Below, one piece after another: positions 11,230-24,367 of a stretch of 64,000 nt of DNA (position 1 is the first letter of the stretch; each line of letters starts with the position of its first letter). The notes under the pieces are model-generated. The model was not told the origin of the DNA and did no database searches. It worked only from the letters and a program-made list of their open reading frames with translations. The translations under genes were made by a program, and so were the position numbers. This stretch comes from Pseudovirgaria hyperparasitica (lineage: Eukaryota). The stretch is from the NCBI GenBank assembly GCA_010093815.1, contig ML996574.1. The stretch is one strand, 5' to 3'.

Positions 11230-14200
11230 TATCGGAACGGCAATAGATATTGCCAATGTATATATTGTCTCTAACCCTCTCGGTGCCGCTCATGCGTGTA
11301 TAAGTCGCAAGTGTTAGCTACCACTATAGACATTAACGTCTTGTAAGATATTTTCGATATTGGCTAGCGGAAGTAATGTTTCGAGCACAGTCAAATTTCT
11401 TAGTGCGACTACGTACCTTCTCTAGATGCCATAATGACGAAGTATAATAGGCGAACGATCTTGAATGGCGGACAAGACATGGCGTGGACAGAAGTGTGCA
11501 TTGTAGACGCTTTGAAGAATCCGAGTATGCCAAAATGTATTGGCAACGTACCATCTGAATGTCCCAGTGTCATCCGCAGTAGCCTTGCTCAGTGCCGCTT
11601 GAAGTCACACGATCAGGTTGCGCGAATACGAGAGATTTGATTCAACAACCTCCGCTCGCGGTAAATACGAATTCAGAGATACGAGTGAAGGTTAATCGAG
11701 TCAAGGAGAAGTCATGGAGATGGCATGGTCTTCTTTCAAACAGCTCGTGACGCGATGACGTGAGAAGATAGGATCTGGGTTGAGCGAAGCCGAAGAAACG
11801 GTCGGGAACTAATTAGGTGGTGCATCGTCGCGCTACAGCACGGCATGCTCAGACCAGAGCTCGAGACAGCGACCCTTGTATTATAGCAAAGTTTAATCGT
11901 CATTCTGGCCAACCGTCATCTAGGATTTCATACTCATTATTAATTGAACTATGTATAGATCTAGATGCCACCTTTCAGGATTGTTGAGTGTGTAGACATG
12001 GAGAACATGCATGGGGCTTGCAGCATCGGCTAGAATGTTCTCAAATATAGAGTAGAAAGCGCTGCAAAAGACATCGATCATGAGAGTCTATGACTATCAA
12101 TCGAATGCAGGGGTCTTTGAACGAGTCCTTAATATGGAGGGAGCCAAAGAGGTGCGTGTGCCTGCAATATAACGTTGAAGTCGTGGCTGAGACTTGACCA
12201 TTAAGCACTCGCACCTGCGTTGGTCTGTGGCCAGAACTAGTTGTTTGTCAATGCAGAAATTCAATGCTATGAACTCGATGTCTCATGAGAAGAATTGACT
12301 TCTCAGTTGTCTCAGACACTGGTGAAAGTGTGGAGAGCGATACCATCATCGATGACCGGACCATGAAATGAACAGCGATGTAAGATTAATCGTGAAGCTG
12401 CTAGCCAAAAAAAAAGAAACGCGACGAAAAGTTCAGGCATACCAAGATCGGAGATGTTGTCACAGCGTTGTTCATGGAGATTCCGCGTATGTGTAGCACA
12501 CTGGAAATGATGAGATAGACAATGAGCGCTCCATGAGCACTCACTTCAATCACAGCTACGTAAGCCACCTATTACCTCGCAGGAACAGTTATTGCTGCTC
12601 TTCTTTGGAACTGCACGAACATTTTCTTGTGTAGTTTGTCGACTAGCTCAGCGGTGACACCACATTCTCCCGCTTCTAGGTCACGCCGCACGCGTTTTGC
12701 GCCCACAGCGAGTCAGATGTGTGCTCAAATTAGCATTTGAGTTGCGGGAACGTCGCGGTCGGATGACATATTGCGAGGATCTTGAAGAATCGCTGGGGTT
12801 CAAAATAATATAGGGCGAAAGCAGTGAGGCTTCTTCAGAGCGGAAAGACCCAGAAGCCAGCGATCGACCTGCGCGTGGGATGGAGGGGGAAGGGTTGAGA
12901 TGGATGCAAAAACGAAAATACCTAATCAACGTAGTTGGTATGGCGTGTACGCGGGGATAGGGGGCGCAGATGGTCCTGAAGTTATTATCATCCGATCGCA
13001 AAACAAGAAACACCACAACTTACAACCGCCTGCACACGAAGAACGCTTGCAGGGCGGCGGCAACGGAGCTTGAACACCATATCTCCAGCATAATTGCTCT
13101 TTACGAGATCCGAAGCATGTTTCAGGCTTTCCTGCACACGCTATTCTGTTCCTGCTCCGTCATTTCCTATATTCCTCTAGCCGGTTTCCGATGTCTACGC
13201 GAACAATCGCCTCGAGGGTATTGTACTAATGCAAAATGACTGTGTCTTACAGACTGTCACATAGTTGCTCACGATCAGGTCACCTTAAAAGTGCCTTCCG
13301 ACCAACAAAGGCACGACCGCTAAGTCTTCGCCCGGCCCCCGGTGCCCAACAGGTAGTCCGAACATTTCCGTTAGTGTCCAAATCCACACAGACCTGAGCC
13401 ATATATCATCAGGACTCACTCTGGTCTCAAATATGACCGTGTTGGAAGTCTGAGCGTGAGCGGAGCTGCCTCCTGGCTTAGGATTTGGAAGCTCATCTGA
13501 TGAAGGCTGAGAGGAACGAGAGAACTGGAATGGCCTAACAGGGGGGTACTCATGATCCGATGCAGTCGGGCATCATCATTGGATGCCCAGTCCACTGGAA
13601 GAAGGGCCTATCTCCTCAGCAGACCTCATTAAGTCGCATCCACGATGCAATACCAGCAAGCTTAGCACTTTTGAGTACCATTCGAATTCTTAACAGTCAA
13701 GCGCTTCGACCCTAGGCTATTCTGCCACTCCGGTCGTTGGGCCGATGGAGCATGAAATCATTCTGCTTGGGCATTCCACTACCAGTACATATCACTCACA
13801 ACGGCCGTTAGTTCAGGCTAGTCCCTCACGACTCACAATGCCCTTCGGCAAATCTGTAACATTGCTAGGATCGATTGGTCGTAGCTCGGCGTAGCCTTAC
13901 TACTACCCCCGGCTGTCAAGACACCCCCCCCCCTCCACCAACCCTTTCAATCTACCGGGCTCGTCAGGATACCCACTGATATCATTTTACGTCGTCTTGG
14001 TGACGGTAGGTCTGCGGCTCTTCTTGGTCCAAGTGCGTAAGGAATGTAAGTATTGTTGATCGTAACGGCTTAACATGATACACGATAGCTAGGAACGGTA
14101 AGTCCTTGCGACTGAGCAGAATAACTAGTATCGTCTGATTTCTTACTGCTAAGACCTGTTCCTGCATGACCTTAAGCGTTTATTGCTAGTCGTCCAGCTA

Positions 14201-15901
14201 TTAGGTGAGGCCTGGTGTTGACCCGATTAGGCTAAGATCTAGTATCAAGCCAATCAGAGGCTGTCGGAGTTACGACGGCGCTACTACATGATTAAATTCC
14301 GTAAAAATAGAACAAAATTAGCTTCTGGGATTCATTTCACCGATTTCTATACCGATAATTAATTATGACAAAAGCACCCTCCCCTGGCTCCTCTCGCTTT
14401 CTCAGCTTGTCCGCTGCTAAAGCGCATTGTAGCGGCCAAGATGCAGGTATCCCCGAAGGCCCTTACCATTATCGTGCTGGTGATATGAGACGTCCCTTTG
14501 TTGAGCATGCTGCTTGTCATCCTATCGCCATACCCGACGGGAAAGAAGGGTATTCTAAACAAACGAATAACATGTTGTTCGGGAGATTTCTCCACATATA
14601 AACTCGTCAATCGGAAAAGCTCCGAGACGTATATCTGACAGCCCTAGGAGCGTTTGTGGGCTGGCCGATCCCGCTGCGTTCAGCGTGCGGCCGACCACGT
14701 GCGAAATATAGATTGACTTTGGAGTCAATTGCGTCTCTCAGAGAGCGCGGACCTCGACTTCCTGGAAGTCAAAATGGGCTTTGTCCACAGTTGCAACAAG
14801 AAGGGACATATATTCATCTCCAGGTAAGCAAATCTCCCATTACCTTCGCGTCTTTTCATTAACAACATCAAACACCAGCTTTCACCAGAAGACTCGCCGA
14901 CAGATCACCGTCACTCGTTCAAATTCTGTTCTGTCGCACCTTGGTCTCGCATTGCCGCCTAGTTTCGCTTTTCTAACATTGCTTAACTTCTCTCTGCTCG
15001 GACCGAGTATTGGCCAAAACCACATTCAGGGCGTTACACTGTACAAGTCAAGACCTAAGGACAACAACGGAGCCAAGCTTCTGCCGGGGGGGTGTTTTTT
15101 CAGCACCGGTTCTAGTTCTCCAGATCTGATCTCCGCCTGAACAATTTGATCCTGGAACGTTGGGCTCGTCCCCTTCGACAGGTGATTGCAAGGGCTACCC
15201 TCGCTACTAATCACTACCCAGTTCATCATCTCAACCGTTGCAAGTCTGGGATTTACCTGGTTATTAACACTCCACCATTTCGCCCATACCACCTCACCTC
15301 ACCAATCGACACATTACGCCCAACTTGCTATCCTTGCCTGGCAAAAAGCCCTACGATTGACGCCATCCTTGGACAATCGACCCTCCCTTTAACTTGGACA
15401 CGATCTTATTTGGGTCTGGTCCATTACTCGCCGGTTCTTTTCGCAACTCCCCATTTGCTCCTGCAGTATTTTATTTCCTGTTCCGCATCGCTCGACTCAG
15501 GGAGCAACCTTGCGATCTGAGTTGCGAAGTGAGGCTTCTGGGGATATTCCACAGCACCTCACGCGACGGTAATTGGCTAGTCGATTCTTATGCGCTGCAG
15601 TCTAGTCTCATACTTCAATACAAAGACCTACGTTCTAACGTGAGTGGGATCTTCCCTACACTTCTAGTAGGTGTCCTAACGAACCATTTTTATTCCAGTC
15701 ATTCGTTTCCGTTCCTCCGCAGATCGGCCACCATCAGTTCATCTGGTCTGACGCACTCTTCCTGGAGACTATTACCCAGCGTATCTGCTGAAAGTCGCAA
15801 AGCTGGCATACCTTTACGTCTCCCCGCCTCTGTCGCCTTCGGCGTCTCGTAGCCCTCGAGATCTGCTCTTACAGCCATCCAGTAAGTGCGATCGGACTGG
15901 A

Positions 15902-17205
15902 ATGGATGGTAATGATCGTCGACAAAGACAGAGCAACACTCAAGGTTACCAAACACAAACCCAAAGCATTCAAACAAACACGCGATATTCCCCATCTAGC
16001 TCAGCCGAAGGCCATCGACAAGCACCTTTGAACGCGCACCCGTCAACATCTGCGCCCGGTACAGGACGTGGAACGGACGCAACCTCGTATAACTACACAT
16101 ACGGCGGGGAAGGAGCCCAGTACGTAAGACAACAGATGCAGACTGGAACCCTCCAGTATCCGGCCGACTGCTCGGCAGACTCTCATCGCCCGTCTCAGCA
16201 GTATTCACAATATGGATCCAACATAATGTATGGTGTTCAGCACCAGCAACCGGCACAGCAGCAGCAGCAACCCAGCCAACATTCACCATACGAGCCTGTG
16301 CAACAGTATCAACCCCGACAATCGGCAGCAATTGAGGTATTAACTTCCCAATTTGGCGTTCCACAGCATTATTATGTTGGAAGTGAGGCTGGCACGACGA
16401 ATGTGCCTGCAGCGGCAATGGGAGCACCGAATGTGTCGACCCAATATTCTGGGATGTCTTATACAGCACCGCAGAACCCGCTTCACAGAGATCACCTTGG
16501 ACCATCTTTTGTTCCAGGGATGGCTGACTCTGCACACCCCAGCTCCACCGGGGCTTATGGACAACAGAGCTATTCTTCACACGGCAGTTCCAGTGTTGAC
16601 CAAGCGTACAGCAAATACCAGACAGTACTGAAACAAACCTTCAGCCAAATTGGTGAGGGCAAGTTGCATGAAGCAGGTGTTTCTCTTATCGAGATATCTG
16701 ACTGGCTTCTGACCAATGCTGAAGGGCTAGGTGAGTTCGTCTCTGACTTTTCAGGTACAGTCGGAACTGAGATTGACAATAGGCCTAGTACGCGACGAGC
16801 AAAGTATGCACGCTGAACGACTGAAGCTGTGGGAGGATTTCAACCATTGCTGGCTCACTGCTCTTCAAAGACAAAAAGAAATTACGGAGGAGAGTCTTGA
16901 ATCCGGCCAACGACCACGTCCAACTCAGACTTTGATGGGGTATGATCAGCTGGAGAATCTTGGTCGGGAGCTAGTGAGGCTTTGTGATCTGATGGAAAAG
17001 CATGGCTTGGTAGACTATCAGATGGGCGTCTGGGAAGAAGAGATAATCTCAAGTGAGTCACCCAACTTCAACTATTGCGAAAGCCGATTGTCTCTAACTC
17101 AAACTAGTGCTCACGGCATGTCTGGACTTGATTGAGGACCAGCCGCGAGGCTCGACCGGCTCGACTGCTCGAGGCTCCATTCCACCAACGTCACGACGAA
17201 GGTGA
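15902..17205 (+). CDS. Conserved-looking hypothetical fungal protein with Q/Y/S-rich N-terminus and helical C-terminal domain; introns 16731-16782 and 17053-17107
   Basis: 304-codon first ORF joined through canonical introns to GLVRDE...LWEDFNHCWL...LCDLMEKHGLVDYQMGVWEEEII; stop at 17203-17205. Confidence 0.85.
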
Positions 17206-20200
17206 CACTGGAAAGTGGCATTTTCACACAAGTCTAGATAGATGGCTCATGGGAACGCGACAGCAATGATGCATACTGATTGCATGATACATGTCTTGAT
17301 TGGACATATCGCATTGACCATTTCTGGACGGAAACACATCGACGGGCAATTCGACTTGATAAGACCCGGCTGAGTTTGGTCTCAGTCTCCCAGAATTACG
17401 ATATATTCTATACTCCGCTGCGCGTAAGAACTTTCTTTTGTTCCTTCTTCGGGCTCTAAGGCGCACTGTACGGTTATGGACGGGAGATATCTGCATGTGG
17501 ATAATGCACCGGCAAACGTTTATCACTTTTTCGACATGGCTCTCGGGATCTCAAATGGAAGTTTTTTTTTGCTTTCTTCGAATTCATAGACGTGGGGGCT
17601 CGATGTATTATGATTGCGACCAAGGAGTTGATGGGCTAGGGAGCTTCACGAAGGCGAAGCCATTGTGCAAGGGCACTGGGTTAGGGGTGGAGACAAGACA
17701 GTGCCACACCGGCTATTATCACCTGAGACGCGCGGGCACGACCGAGCACAATGCTGTGGAACAGTAGTCTGCGTGAGAAACGTGGACAATGCATGTACCA
17801 TAGTAACCATACTAGACTATACTCGCACGAAATTTGGCGACTTGCTGCTACCTGGAGATACCAGAAGTGTGAACTGATGCATACATAGTAATCATAGAAG
17901 CGACCAGGCTGTCAAATTCACATAACGGCTTATCGTAACCGTTCATTGGGCATCAGTCTGTTGAGTTCATCATCCGGTGGATCGTCCGACTTGACACGTC
18001 AGAGCATTGCGACGATCATTCTCAGCCTCACAAATGTTGAATGCGCTTTGCCAAGATATTTTGTTCTTCTAGACTTTGCGCACGGTCTACGGCATTTTGG
18101 GATCGTCACAATGTGCCCTCCAAAGTTCCAGGGAAATGCGCCAGTTTGTAAGACAGGATAAGCTACTCGGCAGCGCGAAGCGGAGTGATGGGCTCCCTAG
18201 TTTATTGCTATTTGCAGAGTCCGGGGTAGGTACCTCACTGATGCCCAGGAACCTTGTCACGCCTTGCAGGCTGAGCTGTTGTAACTATTCTTAGAGTTTT
18301 TGAGCTTTGTTTGTCGCGGTCTAATTTTGCCTCTGCCTTGCATGTTCGCCTTCAGCTCAGGTCATAGCACATAGTTGCAGGCCACCGGAGAGGAATATGG
18401 CACCCTTCTGCGCTGTCCTTGTGTCCAGCACAGCACATAGTGGTATTGACGTAATCGATCCGTGATATGGGGCTGCCTCGGAACAGGATCGGGCTGCTCT
18501 GGAGGAGCCACGATGGTCACAGGATGCGTGTTCTTTGTCCTGTCTACACGGAGTCATAGTACAAGCCTCACTCTGCGTAGAATCTGCTTGTGGCATTCGA
18601 CTATATGTCGATCAACTGGCCTTCGTTCGCAAAATCGGGCTCCGATAATCCGACGGCTTGGGCAACAGTTCTGGCTACAAGGGCAAGGTTCAGAGCATGA
18701 CTCTCATCTAGGGAGAGCCTCGAAACCGACGAGGGTTCTGTAGATGCAAAGGAACCCGAGATGATGAATGATGGGCAGCGTTGGGCGGGATGCAGGGGCA
18801 AGACAGTCAGGACGGCCTGAGAGTAGGGTGTTGGGGAGTAGGGGGGTAGTAGGGGGAGTAGGGAGTTGCCAGCTTTCACTGCTGGCTGCCCGAGTGGAAC
18901 CCGCCGAAGGTCCTTTGGACTAAGCCTTTTCCCGACACCACGGGCATGGGTCTAGCCGTCAGACTAGACCTAAAGGGGACGCGGGTGCTGTCCCTCGCGC
19001 CCGCCTCCGCCGTCCCGCCACGACTGCGGCCGGTATTTGTTGTGTCTCTCCACTCTCCGTAGCCTCCATCACCATTCTTTGCACGTCTGTCCATGTCTGA
19101 CGCAATAGCTTACACAATCAATAGTAGGCTCTTTACTTCGTTTCTCTCACAATACACCAAGCATGTCACACATAAACATCTTACCTTGATAGCCTGTCTC
19201 TCGAGGCGACGGTAAGTCAAATAAAGGCGATTTTCATCTTTCTTATTCCTACCTTCCGAGTCCCTATGCCTGCTTTTCCCTATTTGCTTTTCCTATAACC
19301 TGTCCGGCTCTAGTTCACTCATATTCCAATTTCGATACTCTCTCTCTGGCTCAGCTGAGCCAACAGCCCTTAGTCTCGCAGTAATCTCCCGCACCCTTGT
19401 TGTCAGAGTCCTCTTTCTGACACATCGAACAAGGATACAACCCATATCCCAGTCTGCCTGAACAAGCGACCTCGTCCGAAAGTCCATCACTGCGTTGCAA
19501 TTGGCTTCGAGCACACTTAGCTCGCCCTCTTATCATCCTCAAGCAAGACCCTTATGCCGGCGTGTTGGTCCTGGGCTGACGCCTCGTCGCGTACCTCGTA
19601 CGCCCCCAGATTGCCCTGATCCGACACTACGGAATGGAGAGGGGACAGGTCCGCTCGTCTCCAGTCTCATGGATCTTGTTTGCTCCTCACTCTGCTCTAG
19701 TCCTGAGACACTCAGCTCTATCACACGCAAGTGGCTGGGAATTTTACGTCACTGTCAGCTTTGGTCTCAGATCCGTCGTGTCGCACAATCTAGATCTCCT
19801 CGGTCGGGAGTATCCAACTACCGCCCGCCCATCTCACGTGTACTATTGACACATAGACGTACGTCGATGTTCGGCCGCGTGGATAGGCATTTCAATAGCT
19901 CTCGGTCTGAATACTAATCGCCAGGCTGTCTGCCAACAGTTTCTACCGCAGCCGCGTTTAGTCATACCCTCTTTCCTGGATTTCAGCACCTCTACAGCTC
20001 AACCCTCATCCATCAGTGTAAAAGTATTCCCGAGACCCTGGTCTACAATCTCTTAATATAGCATACCGAAATGCAGCAACTGCCCCAGACCAAAGCCCCA
20101 TCAACCCCCACACCCAGCAGTCTCCTCCCTAATGAGGCGCCAATATCTCGGCCTGCCTTGCCTTGCTGTAGATTTGGAATTTCGTGCCCCTGTTGATGGG

Positions 20201-20957
20201 TTCCAGGATACGAGGTTTGAGGGTTGAGTACCCTGTCCATGAATGTCTGGCCCGAGCTGGGATTCCTCTGTAAGTGAGGCAGTGTGGAGTGAATGGACTA
20301 GCTGTTATTGTTTCGCCCCAGACATGGGTGTTGGGGATCGGCGCTTGAAGAAGTGTAATGGTAGGTAGGGGTATTTCTTCGGGGCGTCTAGGTGCGTTAT
20401 CTGGATTCTGGCTTGTCTTCCGGATTGAGTGCGGTGGCTTTGTGATGTATGTGCCTTCGGGTCAGGATTGGCAAGCATCAAAGCAGGATCCTGGTGCTTT
20501 GGTAATCAGAATCCAGTGTGGTAGTTTCGTCATCATGTATCCCCTCCGATGAGGTGGGTAGTTCTCAAGTAATTAGGTTCTTGATTGTGAATGAATCTGG
20601 CACTGCTCTTGGTAGAACGCAGCCGCTCACGTCTGAATATGCTATGTGTACGCTCATCAAGGTGGCAAGAGGTACTTTGGTAATTGTTCACACAGATGTC
20701 GGTCCTCTATCTTATGATATTCCAGTAGCGCTACCGCAGAAGGGCATTGATCAAGGCAGTGATGTCTGAACAAGCGTCTCTGTCGTTGTCATGAGCAAGA
20801 GAATAGGAGGCGACTTTGCCCTTGCTTGGGCCTTTTGACTTGATTAATTCATAGAACCAATGTTAATCTGCCATCCCTTCGGCACCATAGACACAGATAA
20901 CTTGCATGAACACGACTTCATCATACCCAGCATTTCTCACGTCTTTACAATACGTTT

Positions 20958-22848
20958 TCACGCTTTCCCATGAACATGCTTCCTGTCATCAAACTTCAAC
21001 CTGAGCGGCCCAAGCGCGGTCGTGAAGGTATCCTCAATGCTATTCTCAAAGTCCTCTGGCTTCTGCCCCGGGGCAAACTTGACGCTATACCTCCGCACAA
21101 GCTGCGACGTGACCTGGCGGACTTCCATCAGCCCAAGCTGTTTACCAACACATCCATCAGGACCTGGGAACGAAACAAAATGTCAGCCAATTCCATAGAT
21201 ATAGAGTCAAAGATATCGTCATTAGCTTACCTGTCGAGAACGGCATGTAGCACTTCTCCTCCTTCACCAGCTCCGGCATCGTGGTCCACCGCTCGGGAAT
21301 AAACTCATCCGGCCGCGGGAAATTGCGCGCATCACGCTGCAGCGTGTAGATGGGTACTTGCACGATGGTGTCGCCCGGGATGAACGTCCCGGCGATCTCA
21401 ACGCCCCCGTAAGGCGTCACACGCTGCAAGCCTGATGGCACGGGAGGGTGCAAGCGGAGGGTTTCTTGGATGACGGCGTTGAGATAGCTGAGTTTGGACA
21501 GCGATTGGGCGTCGATGACGTCGGCGCCGGCGTCGTCAAAGAGCTGGTCGATCTCTTGCTGGAGGGCTTGCTGGACTTTCGGGTGCTGTGAGAGTTCGAA
21601 GAAGAGGGTCGTTAGGGTGGCGGCGGTTGTGTCGCTGTATATACAGGTTAGAACTGAGGTTGGGAGATGGATGGAAGGGGGCGAGGTACCTTCCAGCGAC
21701 AATGATCAGTTGCGAATCGCCGTACAGATTGACGCGCTCCTGATACGTGTGGCTCTTTTTCTGCTCGTACTCCTCGAGGAGCCAGGACATGATGTCTGGG
21801 CGCGAAGGCGGGTTCTTGCGCCTACCCTCGGTCTCGTCGACGACAAACCGCCAGAATTTCTTGTCCTCTGCATTCAGAACTGGGGTCATGCGGAAGATGG
21901 GGAACACGTAGCCCATGCGACTGAATATACCCACGACCTTCATGAAGCCATGGAGGGCTTTCATGAAGTAATGAACCACGCCTTCCTGGAGCATGCCAAA
22001 CGACTTGCCGAACGAGAGGTCGCCCATGACGTCGAAGCTGTAGAAGTTGAACCAGTCGGTGACGTTGATGGGCTCATTGTGGAGTCTCTCGATTTGTGTG
22101 AGTAGTTGCTCTGTGTGTCCCGTGACGCGCGGTTCATATTCACGGATGTCTGGGAGAGTTTAGTATAGCCCACGTGACAGAGTGCTTTCAGCATACTTTT
22201 GGAGTTGAAAGCCTTGTCCCAGATCTTTCTGCGCCGGGAGTGCTCGAGTTTGTTGCGTGTTTGCTGTAGAGAAACTTGAGGGTGGTGAATACTGTACCAG
22301 GGACCCTTTGTACACTTCGATCTCGCAGAGTGTACCACATCGACTGCGTCGGCATTGTTGATCGATAGCTCACGAGGCCCTAGCATATAATCAGCCTATG
22401 CTTGACGTTGGAGGACGCACTCTCGCCTACCAATGCGTACGAAATCACCATGCTTCTTATGCAGCGCCTGGATCTCCTTGAAGAGCTTGAACTCCTTGAC
22501 AGACAACCTCGTCGTGTTAAGATTGCTCACCCGGCCCATAAACGGCCCCGGAAAACGGTGGAGACGGTGGAAGAAAACGCGATATATGAGCATGCTCGCG
22601 TACACCCCGACTACCCACCATGCCGTCAATTTCGACGTGTCCTTGAGTGCCCCCGCCACTGATATCCCTCCGTTTGTCAACACGTAGCTGATAACAGCCG
22701 CAGCTGCAAGATTCGCAGTGATCAGCGTGCCAGCAATCTTGGGGAGCGAACGGTCCCATTCTCCAACTCGGAAGAGGGATACATGTGCTGCCACGCCTCC
22801 AAGCACAGCCAGTACTTGTAACGGTGAGGCTCCTAGAACTTCTGCCAT
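20958..22848 (-). CDS. Cytochrome P450 monooxygenase (5 exons)
   Basis: N-terminal membrane segments, LHRFPGP, I-helix AG|SDTT, ExxR (ETLR), PERW, heme motif FST|GPDGCVG; four canonical introns. Confidence 0.94.
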
Positions 22849-24113
22849 GCTGAAGATGTGTTGACTGTTGAGCCAAACTTCAGTTTGATCGAGAATCGGG
22901 GCTGGGGATCGGGCTATATGCGACCTGCGTTCCGCTTCATAACTGCGCCTACAAATGGACAGGGCTCGCCCTGTTGGCCGGACAGTAGTCGACGTCGAAT
23001 GTTACGCTCGATGGGTAGTGGTTAGAGCACCCGATACCGAGGTTACTCAAACGCCATTGGCAAAGTCCGTGCGGTGACGGCTCCAGGGCAGTCTAGTATA
23101 GTGTGGGAATAGCCATGTGGGTGATGGGAGACTCTAGAGCTCCGTCTGAATCGATAGCCTTGACGTCGAAGGACCATTGGTTAGAAGGTCTCGAGTCAGG
23201 TTGACGAGAACAAGAAACGACCTGGAAGGGGTACCTGGGATGTTGCTACTTGCATCCCCTCGACCGCAGCAAACACACTATGCAGCTATATCAGGTCAAC
23301 ATATTGAAACACTACCTCGTGTGTCATGTCAATCAGCCGTGCCGTTGAGTCAAGATCAACATCAGCCAAGAAGTGGACGGTCAAAAGCGATAGTCTCATT
23401 TGCTCAGTGCGGCTTAGCGCTACCCCACAATCGTCCCCCGCACCAGCAGATCCACGTCCTTTTATTCCCGTTACACCCGCACCGACGAATTCAGCATAGA
23501 GTCTGATACATGTCGTTAATATCCTTACACTTTAGTTAGAATCTCCTATCCCGTCACAAAGTCTACCAGAAACCCCCCCAGACTTCACACAAGGAAACTT
23601 CCAAGAAACCGCCTCTGTGACATAGCATAGTCAGTCGCACATCAACCACGCCACACCTCCCCCAATACCTAACATCATGTCCGTACTGCCCATGTACACT
23701 ATCACGCACAGCGCAAATCCATTCCCCGCCCACAGCTATCACGGCATAGTAAAACTGCAATCCAGAGACATGATCCAGGATTCCAGATATCTATCTCTCC
23801 GACAATGATTGGGACATGTTCAGCAAGTCCCCTCCCCCAACATACCGCAAAGCCCTCTATATCTCGCGGATCACGCTACTAAGTGCTTTACTTGTAGTCT
23901 TGTCTGACTAATCCAAGAGTTCAACATTGCATAATATCATCAAAGGAATATGTCATAGTATCCAGTAGTAGCATCACTTAAGCGCACACACTTAGTCGAG
24001 TGTTTCAGGGTGGTGTACTACAGTATACATGTTTATACATATATACATATATACAGCGGAGGGAGACGCTAGGTTTACTTACGCCCATAACACTAATACG
24101 AACATGCTATTTA

Positions 24114-24197
<84 letters not shown>
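24114..24197. repeat. Perfect (ATG)28 trinucleotide microsatellite
   Basis: 84 bp of uninterrupted ATG units, directly visible. Confidence 0.97.
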
Positions 24198-24199
<2 letters not shown>

Positions 24200-24367
24200 T
24201 ATAAGAGGCTTGAATGCCAGACTTCATAATTGCAAGTGTGTGCGTGTATGTAGCCCGACCGTAAGAACAACCTTTATTCCATCCATGACATCTATCTAAA
24301 ATCCACCCACAACCTAACGCCCCTTTCCCAGAACCCCTTCCCCCCTCCCCTATCCCCTACGCTCGCC

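Noticed and set aside
14230..14250. GGCTAAGATC..TAGTATC resembling the 5' part of U2 snRNA
   Set aside because: The branch-pairing GTGTAGTA is incomplete and no Sm site or flanking stems are evident; likely a chance match.
24000..24299. Poly-Met, poly-Asp and poly-Ser ORFs
   Set aside because: Artefacts of translating the (ATG)28 microsatellite.
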